The notes beneath the pieces are model-generated. The model was given only the letters and a program-made list of their open reading frames with translations. It did not search any database and was not told the DNA's origin. Shown here piece by piece: positions 48,399 to 61,858 of a stretch of 64,000 nt of DNA; within the stretch, counting starts at the first letter, position 1, and each line of letters opens with the position of its first letter. The stretch lies in assembly GCA_040954595.2 (NCBI GenBank), contig CM082587.2, forward strand, positions 10,979,403 to 11,043,402. Direction: 5' to 3'. A program made the translations under genes and the position numbers. Source of the DNA: Balanoglossus misakiensis. Lineage: Eukaryota > Animalia > Hemichordata.

Positions 48399-49976
48399 GT
48401 GCCATACCTTTTAGGGCTATTTTCTTGACCCTTTTGATAGTCTGCTGGCCAAAAGTGGCTGGCCAAAGTGGCCAGCAGAGACATTCTTCCAATACCCTTC
48501 ATAGTGCCAACAGACAAGGCTTGGATATACAACCTGTGTTGCTTGTAAGGCACACATCTCCAATTGGTACATTGGGCCAATTATACTGTACATGTACAGC
48601 TAGGAAAAAAATATACTTCATCATAGTTTCCATGGTCAGCAGCTTCAATAACTTGTTGCCTTTTCTTACTGAACATTTAGACTTATAAAGAAGTATAACA
48701 AGAATAAAGTTGTCCAATTAGTGTTGGCAGGGGGGTGGGGGATGTGTTCTCCCATACAAAGGTGTATAGGTATGTAGTCTTTAAGAAAAACTTGGGGTAA
48801 ATGACCAGAAAATTTGACTTATAATACAAATAGGTCGGGTTTTGGGCATTTACACGTGTTGATGTTATCGACTGGGGCGAGAGACTACCATCCGAAAAAT
48901 TTTGAAGTACCCCCCCCCCCCCCCCCTCTGGTGCCGGCCAGTGGGATGGAGGTGATAGAAACTGTTGCAGATACAATAGAGGCCTACAACCTGAAAACCT
49001 TCTGGCTTTAACCGAGGACTTGCCATTAAAGATACCTGTAGGCCCCTATATGCTGCTCCCACATACACTCCCAGTCCTAAACCTTGCATCTGATTTGTGG
49101 TGCAGATGAAGAATTAAGATTGGCTTGACAATTAGCACACTTAATTGCCTGTTATGAGATATAATACATACAATCATGGGACAAGAATGGCAAAAGTTAA
49201 ATTATCCAGCAGGTGTTTGAATTATGCAAATTAGAGCAGTTGTCTAATATTGCCATGTCAACCATGTTGAAATTGTTTTAGGTACCCATATTAATGGAAA
49301 CCCTGCAAATTCGATATTACACACCATTTAAGACAAATATGGGAAATTAACATGTTAGAGAAATTTGGCGGCCATTTTGGATTATGCAAATTAGAACAGT
49401 TGTCTAATATTGCCATGTCAACCATGTTGAAATTGTTTTAGGTACCCAGGAGAGTTGAATGAAAATGTCATTTGCAATGCAGTTGTCTTGTTTTGGGTGC
49501 CCATATTAAGGCATTCTTGAAAACGAAACATTATTCATCATTTTGACGCAAACAGAAAAGGTGTTCAAATGCAAATAAGAAGAGTTGCCCAACCCTGCCA
49601 TATTTGCAATACAGTTGTAGTGACTGTCAACTCGACTACAGACAGTCTCGATGAACACAAGACATGATCTCAATTTGCAAGCTGAGTTGAAACTGACTGC
49701 TGCAGTAACTTAGCTGTGGGAATGTCTTGTGTGATTTAAAACAATGATGACCAAATTTAACACAGTTTCTCTGAGGTAACCATTTAGCTTTCGTGACTAA
49801 GTTTGTTTAAGAATCCTTTATTCTACCCAAGGAACAAATTTCCTTAGAATTTCACAACTGAGACACAGTTTACAGATATACAAAAAGTGCGTACTACAAA
49901 CATAAGAAATTGTTTGCATTTTTTTTTCTGATGGCAATGCATTTGACTGTAAACAGACATTGACGTCCTTTAGTAA

Positions 49977-50799
49977 GGGCCTGTTCAGTTTTGGTGGAGG
50001 GGGGGGGGCAAAAGTTTGTGTCATTGGTTTTCAAAATCTGGCCGACACCCCCTTCAACCAGGACCAAAACAATGATGACCCCCCCCCCCCCTTTGACAGG
50101 ACCAAAATATGATGACCCTCCTCCCACCCCGAAAACATTCGCCATCCTTATCTTATGTACACTGACTGTATGCAATAAAGGTAAAGGGTCTCCTCACACC
50201 TCAATTCTAAATTTCTTAAAGACATTTATAATTTGAAGTGTATAATAGTATAGCGTTGCAATAAAGAAGTCTATGGATAAATTAAAAGGACACGTCAATA
50301 CAATAGTTGGTAGAATTGGTAAAACAAGAAAAGTGGAAGGGGTGGGTGTACGTAGGACAATTTTGTAAAATACAATTAATGCATTTTAATGAACTCAAAG
50401 GCAAATTAACTTAATGTTGGGGAGGACAAATTTGACTTTTGCCACTCAAAGTTAACATCAGTGGGGGTGGGATGGCAAGTATTCTGCCCTGGTACACTAT
50501 ATGTGGCGAAGAAATAAGAGGATGGGTGTGGGAGGGGATGTCCCCCTTCCACATAAGAAAACTTTGTAAAATATGTAGCTCAAAGATGCATTTTAATGAA
50601 GTCAAAAGCAAATTATCTCAATGTTTGAAAGGACCAATTTTACTGTTGCCACTCCACTCAAAGTTAGCATCGGTGGGTACATGTATATGACCTCCCCCCT
50701 AAACGTTTGAAAAAAAGATGACTCCCTCTTTTGGATTTCAAAATTTAAGTGACCCCTGGATTTTGCCAGCCTCCCCCACCGTAAAAACTGAATGGTCCC
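49977..50799. mobile_element. Harbinger/PIF-like MITE
   Basis: Imperfect TIRs gggcctgttcagttttt / aaaaactgaatggtccc with TAA on both sides. Its removal restores collinearity with the related copy at 56455-56942. Confidence 0.75.
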
Positions 50800-53269
50800 T
50801 AAGCGCTATTTTGTCAGTGAAATGGCTCCATTATTATCCCTCCAACCATAGTTGAAACGGAGTTAAATATGTACAGCTTGAAATCATAAAATGTTGCAAA
50901 ATTGAACCAAGAGTTTGGTCAATGATCAAGTTCTTACAGCTATTACTAGAACCATACAGTCTCAGCGAACAAGAGACATTGGTCCGATTTGCAAGCCGAG
51001 TTGGAACTGACTTTGCCTGCACACAGATGTGCCAATTTCAGCGAATCTTATCGTATTTAAAAATGAATATGGAGAATTGTTATCTCTGTTCCTATTGCTA
51101 GCCTACATACATGTAGCTGTTGTCATTCTAGTGTTTTTTTTCTGTATACCAAAATTGTCTTGACGATGAGCATGCAGAATTTTTCTGATGCTTCTTACTG
51201 GCAGAAGGACCACCAGTTGCAGATTTTCATTTCTACGGCACAAGGGAATTTTATACTTTGCGTGCAAATATAAATCCTGTTAAATTCTATATATTCTTTA
51301 TTGGGGATTCAAAAGTATAATAATCGATAGTGTTAGTACCTCTATTCCAAAAAAGCATGCTGTGAGTGTGCGTGTGATTGTGATCAATATCGTAGTTTCA
51401 AAATTTGCAGTGTGCCAGTTCAACACATAGCATAACAATGGTAAAGCACATGTGTGAATTTCGTGAAATTGGGGAGTGTATCTTACACGGCCATGGCTAT
51501 CACATTTGCACATGATGGCTTACATTAAAATGTGTTGTCTATCACGATTATTTAAATAACATAAAACATCTGATATCTACAGAAACAGTACTATTATAGT
51601 GGAAAACATGACAAAAATATTCAAGTAGTATATCACTCACATTTTGTGTTATGAAGACATGGCCACACTGTTTGGGATACTTTTATCAAATGTTATGCGA
51701 TACTATATCAGCCTGTTTTGGGGATCTTGACAATGACATATATTAGACTTTTCATACACAGCATGAGGTAGAATTTCAGAAACGATTAGGTAATAAGACT
51801 GCATATCTCATAGGAAATAATCACTTTAGAAGTATTACGATAAAAAAAATCATTTCACTCTTATTGGGAGCATACATTTGTAAAACATACATACAGACAT
51901 GAATACAGACATAGAGAGATCAAGGTGTATACGATTTTCAGTGGGGGAGGGGGTCCTCCTTAATTGCAAACAACTATGTAATGGTATTTTCCCTTTTATA
52001 ATAAGAATTTTTGAGGTATAAGGAAAAAATATCTAACAAAATAAACAAAAAAACTAATTCAGCTATGATTTGATTCAATTATCATTCTAAAGAAGCACAT
52101 ATCATTAACTCACAACTAAACTTTTAAAGTGATCAACCATGCACTTTCTGAGAATTTTTTTATGCCCCCAAAATACAATTTTTTCATTTTCAGAACATTT
52201 ATGATATATCACAGTAAAAAAATCCCCTGGAAACTGCAAAACAAAAAATTGCCAAGCAATCAAACAAACAAAAATGGCAAAAATTGTCCACAAAAACTAT
52301 ATTGACACTTCCATCATAGGATTTGTTAAAATGTCGTGATAACACACCTAGGAACCTGCAAACCAAATTTCAAAGAACTGTGAGTAGAGGTTTTTGAGTA
52401 TTTGACCAAAATCACCCCAAAAATATACTTCAAAAAATGAAAAAAAATCCATGAGGTCTCAAAATGAATACACACCAATTTCTAAAGCAATTTGACCAGT
52501 TTCCACCAATTTCACATTGGTCCCAGTGGTAGATAGACATATACGAAATGGGAACCAAAGAATAAAACACATTTCAAAGATTTAACACATCTTTTTCCTC
52601 AAGAGTGTTTTTCAAATCTTCTCCACATCCTTCAAAATCGCCACCATAAAGGCATATTACTTGTAGTGCTTATGTTTATCATATCTAGGTGATGCATACC
52701 ACTATAGATGTGTACCCTTTGTATAGAGGCAGATTAAACAGGTGTGCTACCTGTTAAATATCTGACTTCTTTAAATTACAGCCACAATCGTCTGTCAACA
52801 AGATGTTCATGTAGATGTATACCTAGCAGTAAGCTTATTTAGATTGACAAATCTTAGATGAAAATAATGAAAAAGTGGCACAACCCTTAGGGCTTTAACT
52901 AACAGCTTTATGCCAGATGAGTTCGAGTCTAACGATGTAATGTTGACATTAAGGTTTCATTGAAATAACTTGGGAACCTCTCTACTATTTGAAGCACCAA
53001 AGCTGTGAAAAACTTCCTTCTTTCCCTGAGTTTTTTATGAATATGTTCTAATCTGGGACAAAAATTTGTTGCCAAGTGTCTTGACCCCTTTACCAAATGT
53101 CAGGGACCGGATTTTTTTCAGCAAAATTTCAAATAACCTTGGCTGATTTTTTACCTACTTTCACATATTGGGTAGCATGAAACAAAGTATGGCTTCCAGA
53201 AGCGTTATAGATACAGTGTTTTGTAATAACAAGAATTAACATGAAACTGTAATTTCATGGTTAATTTAT

Positions 53270-54282
53270 CTATGGTAACGTCATTAAATATTTGCATATC
53301 TAATTGTAGGCTATCCAGTGGAGGGAGAAACCTAAACATGGACAACATTGGGGTCAAAATTGTTTGACAAAACTTTGGGTGACTTTGGGTAAACCTTGAC
53401 CAACATTACTATATCTTGGCATCCTGAGCAGATGCAACCTTGACACTTGGAGTGATGGAAATGCATAATGGAGTATTATGTCTCAGCTAGTCACAGTGCT
53501 TTTGCTGTGTTTTATGTCTTTTATTTAGCCACATGAGATGTTTTTTATTACACATTGGCTGTGTTTGCCAGTACTTTTTAGCTGGTCACACTGCCTTAAG
53601 ACAATGTATTCTCAAAATACCATGCAATCATTATGAAGCATATACAGCAGACAAAGTTATGGTATGACTGAACTTGCCCTTCTTTGTGACTAAAGCATGA
53701 CCGGCCTGTCTTAGGTGGCCCCTACCTAGGGGCTTTACCCGTCATTGGCTCACAGTCTGAGAAATCAGCTCTGCAGGGAAGTTAACGATGTAACCCACCA
53801 TTAAAGCTTGGATTTCCGCTTTTTGTATCTGATGCCTGGCTGAGGCCTTCTTAGGATCTACCCAACGCTGAGTAGGCTATCCCGTCATTGGCACACAGTC
53901 CAGGGAGGGAGTCAAAAGTTCAGTATACCAGCAAAGCCTTTATATTGTCCATTCTTTTTAAGAGAAGGCTGGCTGCTGTAGAAAAATGTTGATCTCAAAT
54001 TTATCATGTCCAAAAAAAGGCAGACTTCCAGCCCTATTGGTTAGGCTGGCATTAGGTATGTACATAATTAATGAGGCAAGACATAATATTCCATTACATA
54101 GTTCCATCACGCCAAGTGTCAAGGATGTATCTGTGCCGGATGCCAAGATATAGGAATGTAGGTCAAAGTTTACCCAAGATCACCCAAAAGTTTGTCAAAA
54201 GATTTTGACCCCGAAGTTGTCCATGTCCAGGTTACCACATCCACTAGAATAAGATATGCACATATTTAATGAGGTTACCATA
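53270..54282. repeat. Inverted pair of old copies related to the Helentron ~240-bp subrepeat
   Basis: 53270-53485 (minus) and 54075-54282 (plus) share gtaggtcaaagtttacccaa..ttttgacccc..gtccatgt. Confidence 0.65.
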
Positions 54283-57200
54283 GCTCAAGGGGGTCTTTAA
54301 TTAACCATCAACATTTAGTTTCATATTAATGCATGTTAATATAATACACTGTATCTATAACCCTACTGGTAAGCCTAGAATTAGGTACATGCGAAAGTTT
54401 TTGACAAGATAGATAAGTTGTAAAATATGTACATGAACCTGACAATTGACTTAAAATAACATAAGGCAGACTTGATACTTATCGGAGATAGATACTAATA
54501 ACAACAGTGATGTTAATTACACCGGGAATGTTTGTCTTATTATAGCTACATGTAAAAGACTGCTTGAGGTAATGTAATGAAAGTGACCACTTGCGATTCA
54601 CCTTCAAAGTGCTATGCAAGTCTATGGTACATTGTTTTTCCAATGATTGGACAAAGGATATTCATAATGTGTAATTAAGGCTGGATAGCATTTTCAATGT
54701 AATAAGCCCTGCCTTCACTATAATCTTACGCCAAATCAACATTGTTCAGTTTATGTTAATAACTTCACTAAGGGACACTTGTTACATCAAATTTCCCAGC
54801 ATGGGGTGTCAGATTATTGGGCAAGTGGCATGCATGACACTAGACGATACTTTTGGAAGCAAAGCGGACAGAACACGGCTGGATATAGACTAGGTAATTC
54901 TGAATGTGACCATGACCTGTACCACAAACTCTGTATTGTATGTTTCTGAAGAATCCCATTTAACCCAGACATCAACATACTTCAACCTTGTAAGAAGTAG
55001 AACATACATGATTTACTAGTAAATATTTGCTAGGTTATTAGACACTTTGGATTACACAAAAATAGGTGTGTACACCGCTGTGACATTGCCAAGCAGATAT
55101 GACCTACCAGGTAACCTAATACAATTTCACAGGAATCGGAGTATTTTCAGTGAAAACAACATTTCTTCAACAATGACAAAAACTGCCTCAACCACAAAAA
55201 TTCAGATATCAACAAATCCAACAATATCTCACTTCAATCACCACAAGGAACATGCCTACCAAAATTGAAAGCAATCTGACATGCGGTTTCAAAGAATAAA
55301 AATTGCAAAAATTGCCTCAAGACCACAAATATGCAAATTTCACCAAAATGATATACAACATTACTTGGGTTACCTCATGGAACAAGCAAACCAAAATTTA
55401 AATGCAACCTGACCTGACATGGAGTTTCAGAGAAAATGATTTTTGACCAAAAATGACAAAATTATATTTCCCAAAAATTACAAATTTTGCCACAATTTAA
55501 ACAATACTAACAAAGATTACCTATAGGAAATAGCATACTAAATTCTAGATACAATTCACGATATTAGCTGAAAGTATATCAGGCGTGACATAAGCTACAT
55601 GCATACAAATGTTCAAAGCAATCTGACCAGTTGTTGAGTTTCTGAGTTTTGATCAATTTCACATTGCTCCAGGTAATTAGCATATTTCATTTGAACAGGC
55701 GTGCCTGCATCTAAAAACCCAATATCAAGACTTACCACACAGACTCTGTATTGTATGTTTCTGGAGTAATCAAATAAAACCAATCATGAAAATACTTCAA
55801 CCTTCTTAATATGAACAAAATCCTATTTACAGGCTGGCCTGCATCTACACACCAAATATCAAGGGGATACGCGAAGGGGTTTTCAAGTTTTTGATGTGGA
55901 CAGACATACATACATCCATACATACTACATACACACATACAGAGGCAACTGACTGGTCAGAAGGCATGAGCAAAAATGCAGGAAATCAATATTGTGACAC
56001 TGGTAGTAGGCCTTAATGTATACAATATCAAGACAGTTTATTTAACATGAAGTTTGATATGTTGATAATCATTCAGAGCTAAGCATATTTTGAAATTGTA
56101 AAATTAATATCAATCACATGAAAACTGACAGCATGCTTTCATTTGGAAATTTAGGTATTGTAATTAACACTAACAGTCATGAAACTACTGAATCGTCAAT
56201 AAAATCATACAGTAGAAATTAATGGGTTTTCTATTTATATGCGATGTGAAAATGCAACTTGTGGTCCTTCGGCCAGTAAGAGGCATCAGATAATATTGTA
56301 AGACCCAGTTGCCCAATTGATTAGACCTACATGTATGCGCTGTGTGAAGCGCAAGTTATGGCAACTGAATTCACAGGACAGTGAAGAAAGTGGAATCACT
56401 CAAGGTACATATGTATACATGTAGGCTAACAATTGAATCACAACACAGAGAATAGTTCTCCATATTCATTTTTAATACGATAAGATTCACTGAATTGGCG
56501 CATCCATGGGCAGGCAAGGTTAGTTCCAACTCAGTTTGCAAATCAGGCCCATGTATCTTGTTCCCTGAGACTGTCTGCTTCTAATAATAGCTGTAAGAAC
56601 ATAATCGTTGACCGAACGGTTGGTTCAATTTTGCAACATTTTATGATTTCAAGCTGTGCAATATTTGCAACTCAGTTTCAACTTTGGTTGGAGGGATGAT
56701 GATGAAGCAATTTCACTGACAAAATAGCACTACTAACTGACGTCAATATTTGTTCAAAGTTAAATGCATTGCCATCAGAAAAATGTATACGAAAAGTTTC
56801 GTATGTGAATAATAACACTTTTTCGCATAACTGCAAACCCTGTCACAGTTGTGAAATTCTAAGAAAATTCATTCATTAGGTAGAATTCGTGCTTTATGAA
56901 TTCTTAAACAAACTTAGTCATGAAACCTAAATGGTTACCTTACACATGTGGAGGCTCGACTTCTGTGATATGATAGTCTTCAATTAATGTGTATGTGATT
57001 CCATACAAATCCATATGATTACCTGAACGTACAAAACAAATTAAAAATAAATACATAAGTTAAAAATAAATAAGTATCCCATACATATGCATAAGTGCTT
57101 GCGAGAAATATATCATATATCTAAATAAACCTGTCATTTATTGACCTCATTTTCCCAGTAAACCAAAGGACTAAATTGCACTTTAATATTACAGCTTCAT

Positions 57201-57639
57201 TTCAATGCAACAGGTACACTACATCATAAGGGAACAAATATGCCAGCTCAACATTTATATAAACAGTGTCAAAATTTAAGTGGCTACAAAAGCTTGTGTC
57301 CCTTCAATCCATCCTCCCACTCAGGTCAAACGTGTTACATATTAAAATTGCAATGTGCATACAATACAATTAGTCTTTTGTAAATTCAGACTGAGAAAAT
57401 ATGACTGATAAACATTATCTGGCACATGTTGGTGAATGGCTGGCGTTGATGTTGTGGGTTGAAATCCGAACTATGATTATCGCGGGTACAAATCACATTT
57501 ATTTTCTCAGAGACAACACGTTTGCAACTTCGGGACAGAAAGGTGAAAACGAACGTCATTAGTTCTTGGGAAAAAACTCTGAAATCAATTTCGGTGAGGT
57601 CAAATGTGTTCCAAAGGCAAACCGTTTCTGGTAAACAAA

Positions 57640-57960
57640 TCAATGGCAAATAGTTACTTCGGCGACTTACCATTCAATCAACATGGCTGCCAAATCGTTG
57701 GATATCCCGGTTTCATCTCGCGATCATTCTATCTTCCGATATGGCGTTGCTTGGTTAAATTCGTCTCTTCTTTGCCGACATAGTCGGGCGACAGCGGTCC
57801 AGAAGCATATACAGCGACGCCATCTTGTTTACAATGTGAAGTATCAACTGCGCATGCTCAATGGTTGTTGATTGGAAAGTGGGCAGAGCCTGCAAGATCC
57901 AGGGTTCGCTTGACCGGCCAAACACGGTTATTCTCCCTGGACCAAATCATTTAAGCGTCA
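57640..57960. promoter_or_regulatory. CpG-rich candidate promoter and minus-strand first exon
   Basis: Local CpG enrichment, YY1-like AAGATGGCG (minus, 57818-57826), CCAAT (minus, ~57871), and minus-strand donor ATG|GTAAGT at 57670. Confidence 0.4.
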
Positions 57961-58393
57961 GGCGTAATACATCACATAATTGACTGGAAAACTAAACAGT
58001 CTTCCACCTATATATCAACACAGTTTATTAAACTAGCACCCGCGCAAATATTTACAAGTATATGATTAAAATTGATCAAATCATTAATCGCACGGTTACA
58101 GCTGTCATAGTTTCTAATAATATTATTCACTGGTAGCGCTGACATACCATGTTGAAACTTGTCGCGGAAAACAAGATAATTGATCTTACGGTGTCATTTG
58201 TTTTTAAAAAGTGCTTAATAACTATTGATCCCATTGATATATTTTTCCATATTTATATATTTTTCGCAAATTTTGACTGCTTGGGCTACTAATAGCATGG
58301 TGATCACAATGGATTTACCACCTCCCAGCTGCGTTATAAAAGAATGCCTATTCTGTGGACACTAGCCTCATCGAAGACCGAACGTGTTCATCG

Positions 58394-58492
58394 ATGTTTC
58401 CATTCATGACGAACTCCAATGCAGGCGTCGCAGTCATTCTGGCTTTCACGCTGTGGGCACCTCTGGTGACAGCAATTCCCAACAAGTTGCGG
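58394..58492 (+). CDS. Putative signal-peptide first exon of a secreted protein
   Basis: MFPFMTNSNAGVAVILAFTLWAPLVTA/IPNKLR, then a perfect gtaagt donor. Confidence 0.5.
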
Positions 58493-59334
58493 GTAAGTAA
58501 TCACACAACCTATATGAGTGAAAGTTTCTTGTCATTTTCGCAACGTCAAGGTTGATATTCTCTTCTTGGATCGAAAATGTGTGACACAACAAATGAATCT
58601 GCGTGGCGGGGTCGGCTGTGTCTTTTGCTTCGAGGCATAGTCGTCAGACACACATCCCTAACACGCGAAGCCAGCTTATCCTTTGATCAAATGGCAGCGC
58701 TATTCTAAATATTTTACAGCATGCCGTAAAGGACAAACACGTGCCGCTGGAAGAGGCCAACACTCAGCAGAGACGGCAAGATGTTAACAGAGGTGAGCCC
58801 CAACAATAAATTAATATTGTTCCTTTTATTTAGAAAACGCCGCATAATTAGCCAACCAATCATGGTTATGAGAAACCTCCAAAATACAATGTATCGATAT
58901 TTACTGCATCTTTTCATACTTCGCCCGCGCTTTAAAAACCCTATAGCTGCTAAAATTGGCATATTTTTTACCAGAGTAAAATACTTCATATGTATATTCC
59001 CTATTCCCTAAAATCTTCACCCGTGACCATTAAGCCATATTACTTGCATTTGCATTGGTTTGTCATCACTTGGCGTCGCATTCCACGATAGCTGCTTAGC
59101 TGCTATTGTTTGTATGAAGGCTGATTAAATCGGTGAGGCACTGTTTTAATACATAGCATGTTCCAATTGCAACATGCAGTCACAATCGGGCATCGATAAG
59201 ATGTTTATGTATACCTATCAGTAAGCTTATTTTGATGAACCAATTTAAGTTGGAAAAAAAAATCATGAAAATAATGCAAAAAGTGGCACCTTTGGAGGCT
59301 TTAAACTACAGTTCTCCCAAATTGTCTTGACTAA

Positions 59335-59485
59335 ATGACATACATGTGGTCAAAAGTTCTGACTGCAGAAGAGGTTGCAGCTGTGGCGGGGGACTGTTCA
59401 ATTGGAGGAAACATATTTACATGGAATACAGACAATATTGAAATGGCAGCAGAAATAGTTCCTACTGAAAAGAATGCTATCTGCA
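59335..59485 (+). pseudogene. 5'-truncated pentraxin C-terminal exon
   Basis: YMWSKVLTAEEVAAVAGDCSIGGNIFTW matches the pentraxin C-terminal pattern. Donor gtgagt at 59486, but an in-frame TAA lies directly upstream. Confidence 0.65.
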
Positions 59486-60369
59486 GTGAGTATCACGACT
59501 TTAAAATGAAAGAGTTTGCAAATTAAAAAAAAATATTGAGTGTTTTGACATGCGTCAGTGGTCAGTAACACACAAGCTGCATGATAAGAGGGTCACGAGA
59601 AATTGTAAGCCGCAATGTATAATGGATTAACTCCATGACCTATGCGACCTACGAACTGTGACGTACAGAATTTATTTCTACGTGTAATGCGGTCTGCGGC
59701 AGTGAGCCACAGACCGCATTGCGAGAGCAGTGAGAATTCACCACAATGCAAACTTTCTGAACGTAGGTTGATCTTCGAATGAAATATTACCTTGTCACCA
59801 GTTTTCCACATGGCTACACTGTAAAATTGGGTGACGTGTTCGTTCACAAGTGGAATAATTGTGAGTAGTAAAGCACGCGAAGTTAAGCAACGAGCACGTT
59901 TTGAAATGCGCGCAGATGATCCCAGTTTAGCAAATTCAGGCCATTGCGTGCATGCAAAAAAAATAATACTGTACCGGGGGTGAGCCTACTTTCTTTCCAT
60001 ACAGATACACGTATATGTTGGTTAAGGTATGTGACAAACAGTTTTCATGTAACAGCCAGTGATGCTGACCATAAAACCAGCGCAGCTGATGCTTTCATCT
60101 ACAATTTGCAACATGGACGTTTGTGTCTCTGCATGTGTCGTGCATGTTACTGCTGAACAAAAAAGATATGCGGGCACCACAGGCTGGCGAAAGCGGTGCT
60201 CACGTGCTCTGCAAGCTGATGTTGTCACTAAATTGGCAAAGTATTGTACACATGGAGGAGTTTCTTGAGCTGCATGTTGTATAAATGTCGGTTGTGAGTA
60301 CATTATTTTTTATTTTTTTTATAATTTTCAAAGCCCCTATGATTGAAGCATATTATTACGACTCATCCG

Positions 60370-60463
60370 TTCATCATTCATTCATTCATTCATTCATTCA
60401 TTCATTCATTCATTCATTCATTCATTCATTCATCCATTCAGTCAGTCAGTCAGTCAGTCAGTC
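60370..60463. repeat. (CATT)n followed by (CAGT)n microsatellite
   Basis: Directly visible. Confidence 0.95.
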
Positions 60464-60544
60464 ACTGTACCAATTGAAGACGCCCTTGTATAGGAGAATT
60501 TAGCTATGTACTGACTGTCTTTTCATTTTTTCTTCATCCTATAG

Positions 60545-60588
60545 AATCTACCGACCTGGTCGCTGTCAATAACAATTCAGCTCCTTAA
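60545..60588 (+). CDS. Possible short terminal exon of the plus-strand pentraxin-like gene
   Basis: Long polypyrimidine tract ending in tag. Phase 1 gives KSTDLVAVNNNSAP-stop. Confidence 0.35.
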
Positions 60589-61858
60589 ACATCCTGTGTG
60601 TGTGAAGTCTATGAACACTGGCCATGCATTTCAATTCAAGGACAAAATGAATGCGCAATATTTCGTTTTATCGAGAGTAATGTGCAGTGATTAAATTTGC
60701 TAGGGCTCTCTTAGCAGATTTGGAGTTAGTCATTTTGGTAGAAACTTTTCGAGATGGGAAATCTTTGGTCATCTAACCAAGTTATTTGTGTTTTCGTTAT
60801 ATAAGACAGAGTCATTTCTATATCATAGATGCAAGTTTAATTTATAACATGAATTTGAATAAAATATTTTTTTTAAAATATCACCACATGAATTTGAATA
60901 AAATATTTTTTTTTAAATATCACCAGATTGAAATCTTTGGAAGTTTGCACTTAGAGGGATGGCATGGCAGTTTTCCACTGTTCATATTACAAAGAATTTG
61001 GCGTCACGTGTAGATTTCATGAGTGTTCGAGTTTTGCTCTTCCCAGCCTCGTACCCACAATCCTCTGATACTTACACTTACGTCAGTTCTATAGCCGCTG
61101 ACCCACTAGATTCTCCTTATGAATTGCCCAAATTATTTTTTGGTGTAGTTTTGATAGTTGGTGCACGGAAACTTTTGATCGATTCACGAAATTCAAAATA
61201 TGTTACATCACAAACCTCATAAAATGGAGGCTAGAGTAGCATGTTTGTTTTCAGGTAATTTTACAATTACCTCAATTACCTTTTTTCGAGGGAGGGGGTT
61301 AAGAAAACATACAGATTGAAATAACAAGGAAGTGGTATATCAAACCGAAACCTTATCTCAATCGTGATTCTAGAGTGTTTCCATGTCATGTGACATCCAC
61401 AAAAATGTGGTATTATCTTGAAAAGAGTCCCGATTTCCCAAACTGGTTTTGCGAATGTACTTCACTTTGGAGCAATGCATGAGTACATTCGTAGAAAGAT
61501 ATTGCTCCACTATTTACTGACACTCCTCTTGTACTGCAAATATTACTGCATTCTGTCAGGGCAAGACAAAAGACACAGCAGAACTGCCAGAATTAAAACA
61601 GACAACTGGCAATTTCAATAAAACATGTAATAACAAATATATGTAACATTGAATGAGGTGTCCATACAGCTTGGTCATTTAAAGACCTCCAGTCATTGTG
61701 ACAATGCATAAATATTTATGTACACCATGTTAAAAATTAGTTCAGGCATACCTTATACATGTATGTTTTTGACTGACCATATCCTCAGCACGCCCTTTTT
61801 TTTTCAAAAAGACTATCATTATTCTCTGCCAGGCAGAGAGTTGCCGCTTTCTTGTTAA

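Larger units (their letters stand above)
49772..56942. repeat. Pair of diverged ~480-bp inverted repeats (49772-51080 minus the MITE; 56455-56942)
   Basis: For example ggtaaccatttag..aagtttgtttaagaat vs attcttaaacaaactt..ctaaatggttacc, and aaaatgaatatggagaa vs ttctccatattcatttt. Confidence 0.75.

Noticed and set aside
35737-50799. One 15-kb TIR element enclosing the Gypsy and DIRS
   Set aside because: The right TIR at 50799 already pairs with 49977 with TAA duplication and a restorable empty site, so 35737 is a separate truncated copy.
60847-60925. ~40-bp direct duplication as a regulatory element
   Set aside because: A simple AT-rich local duplication with no other support.
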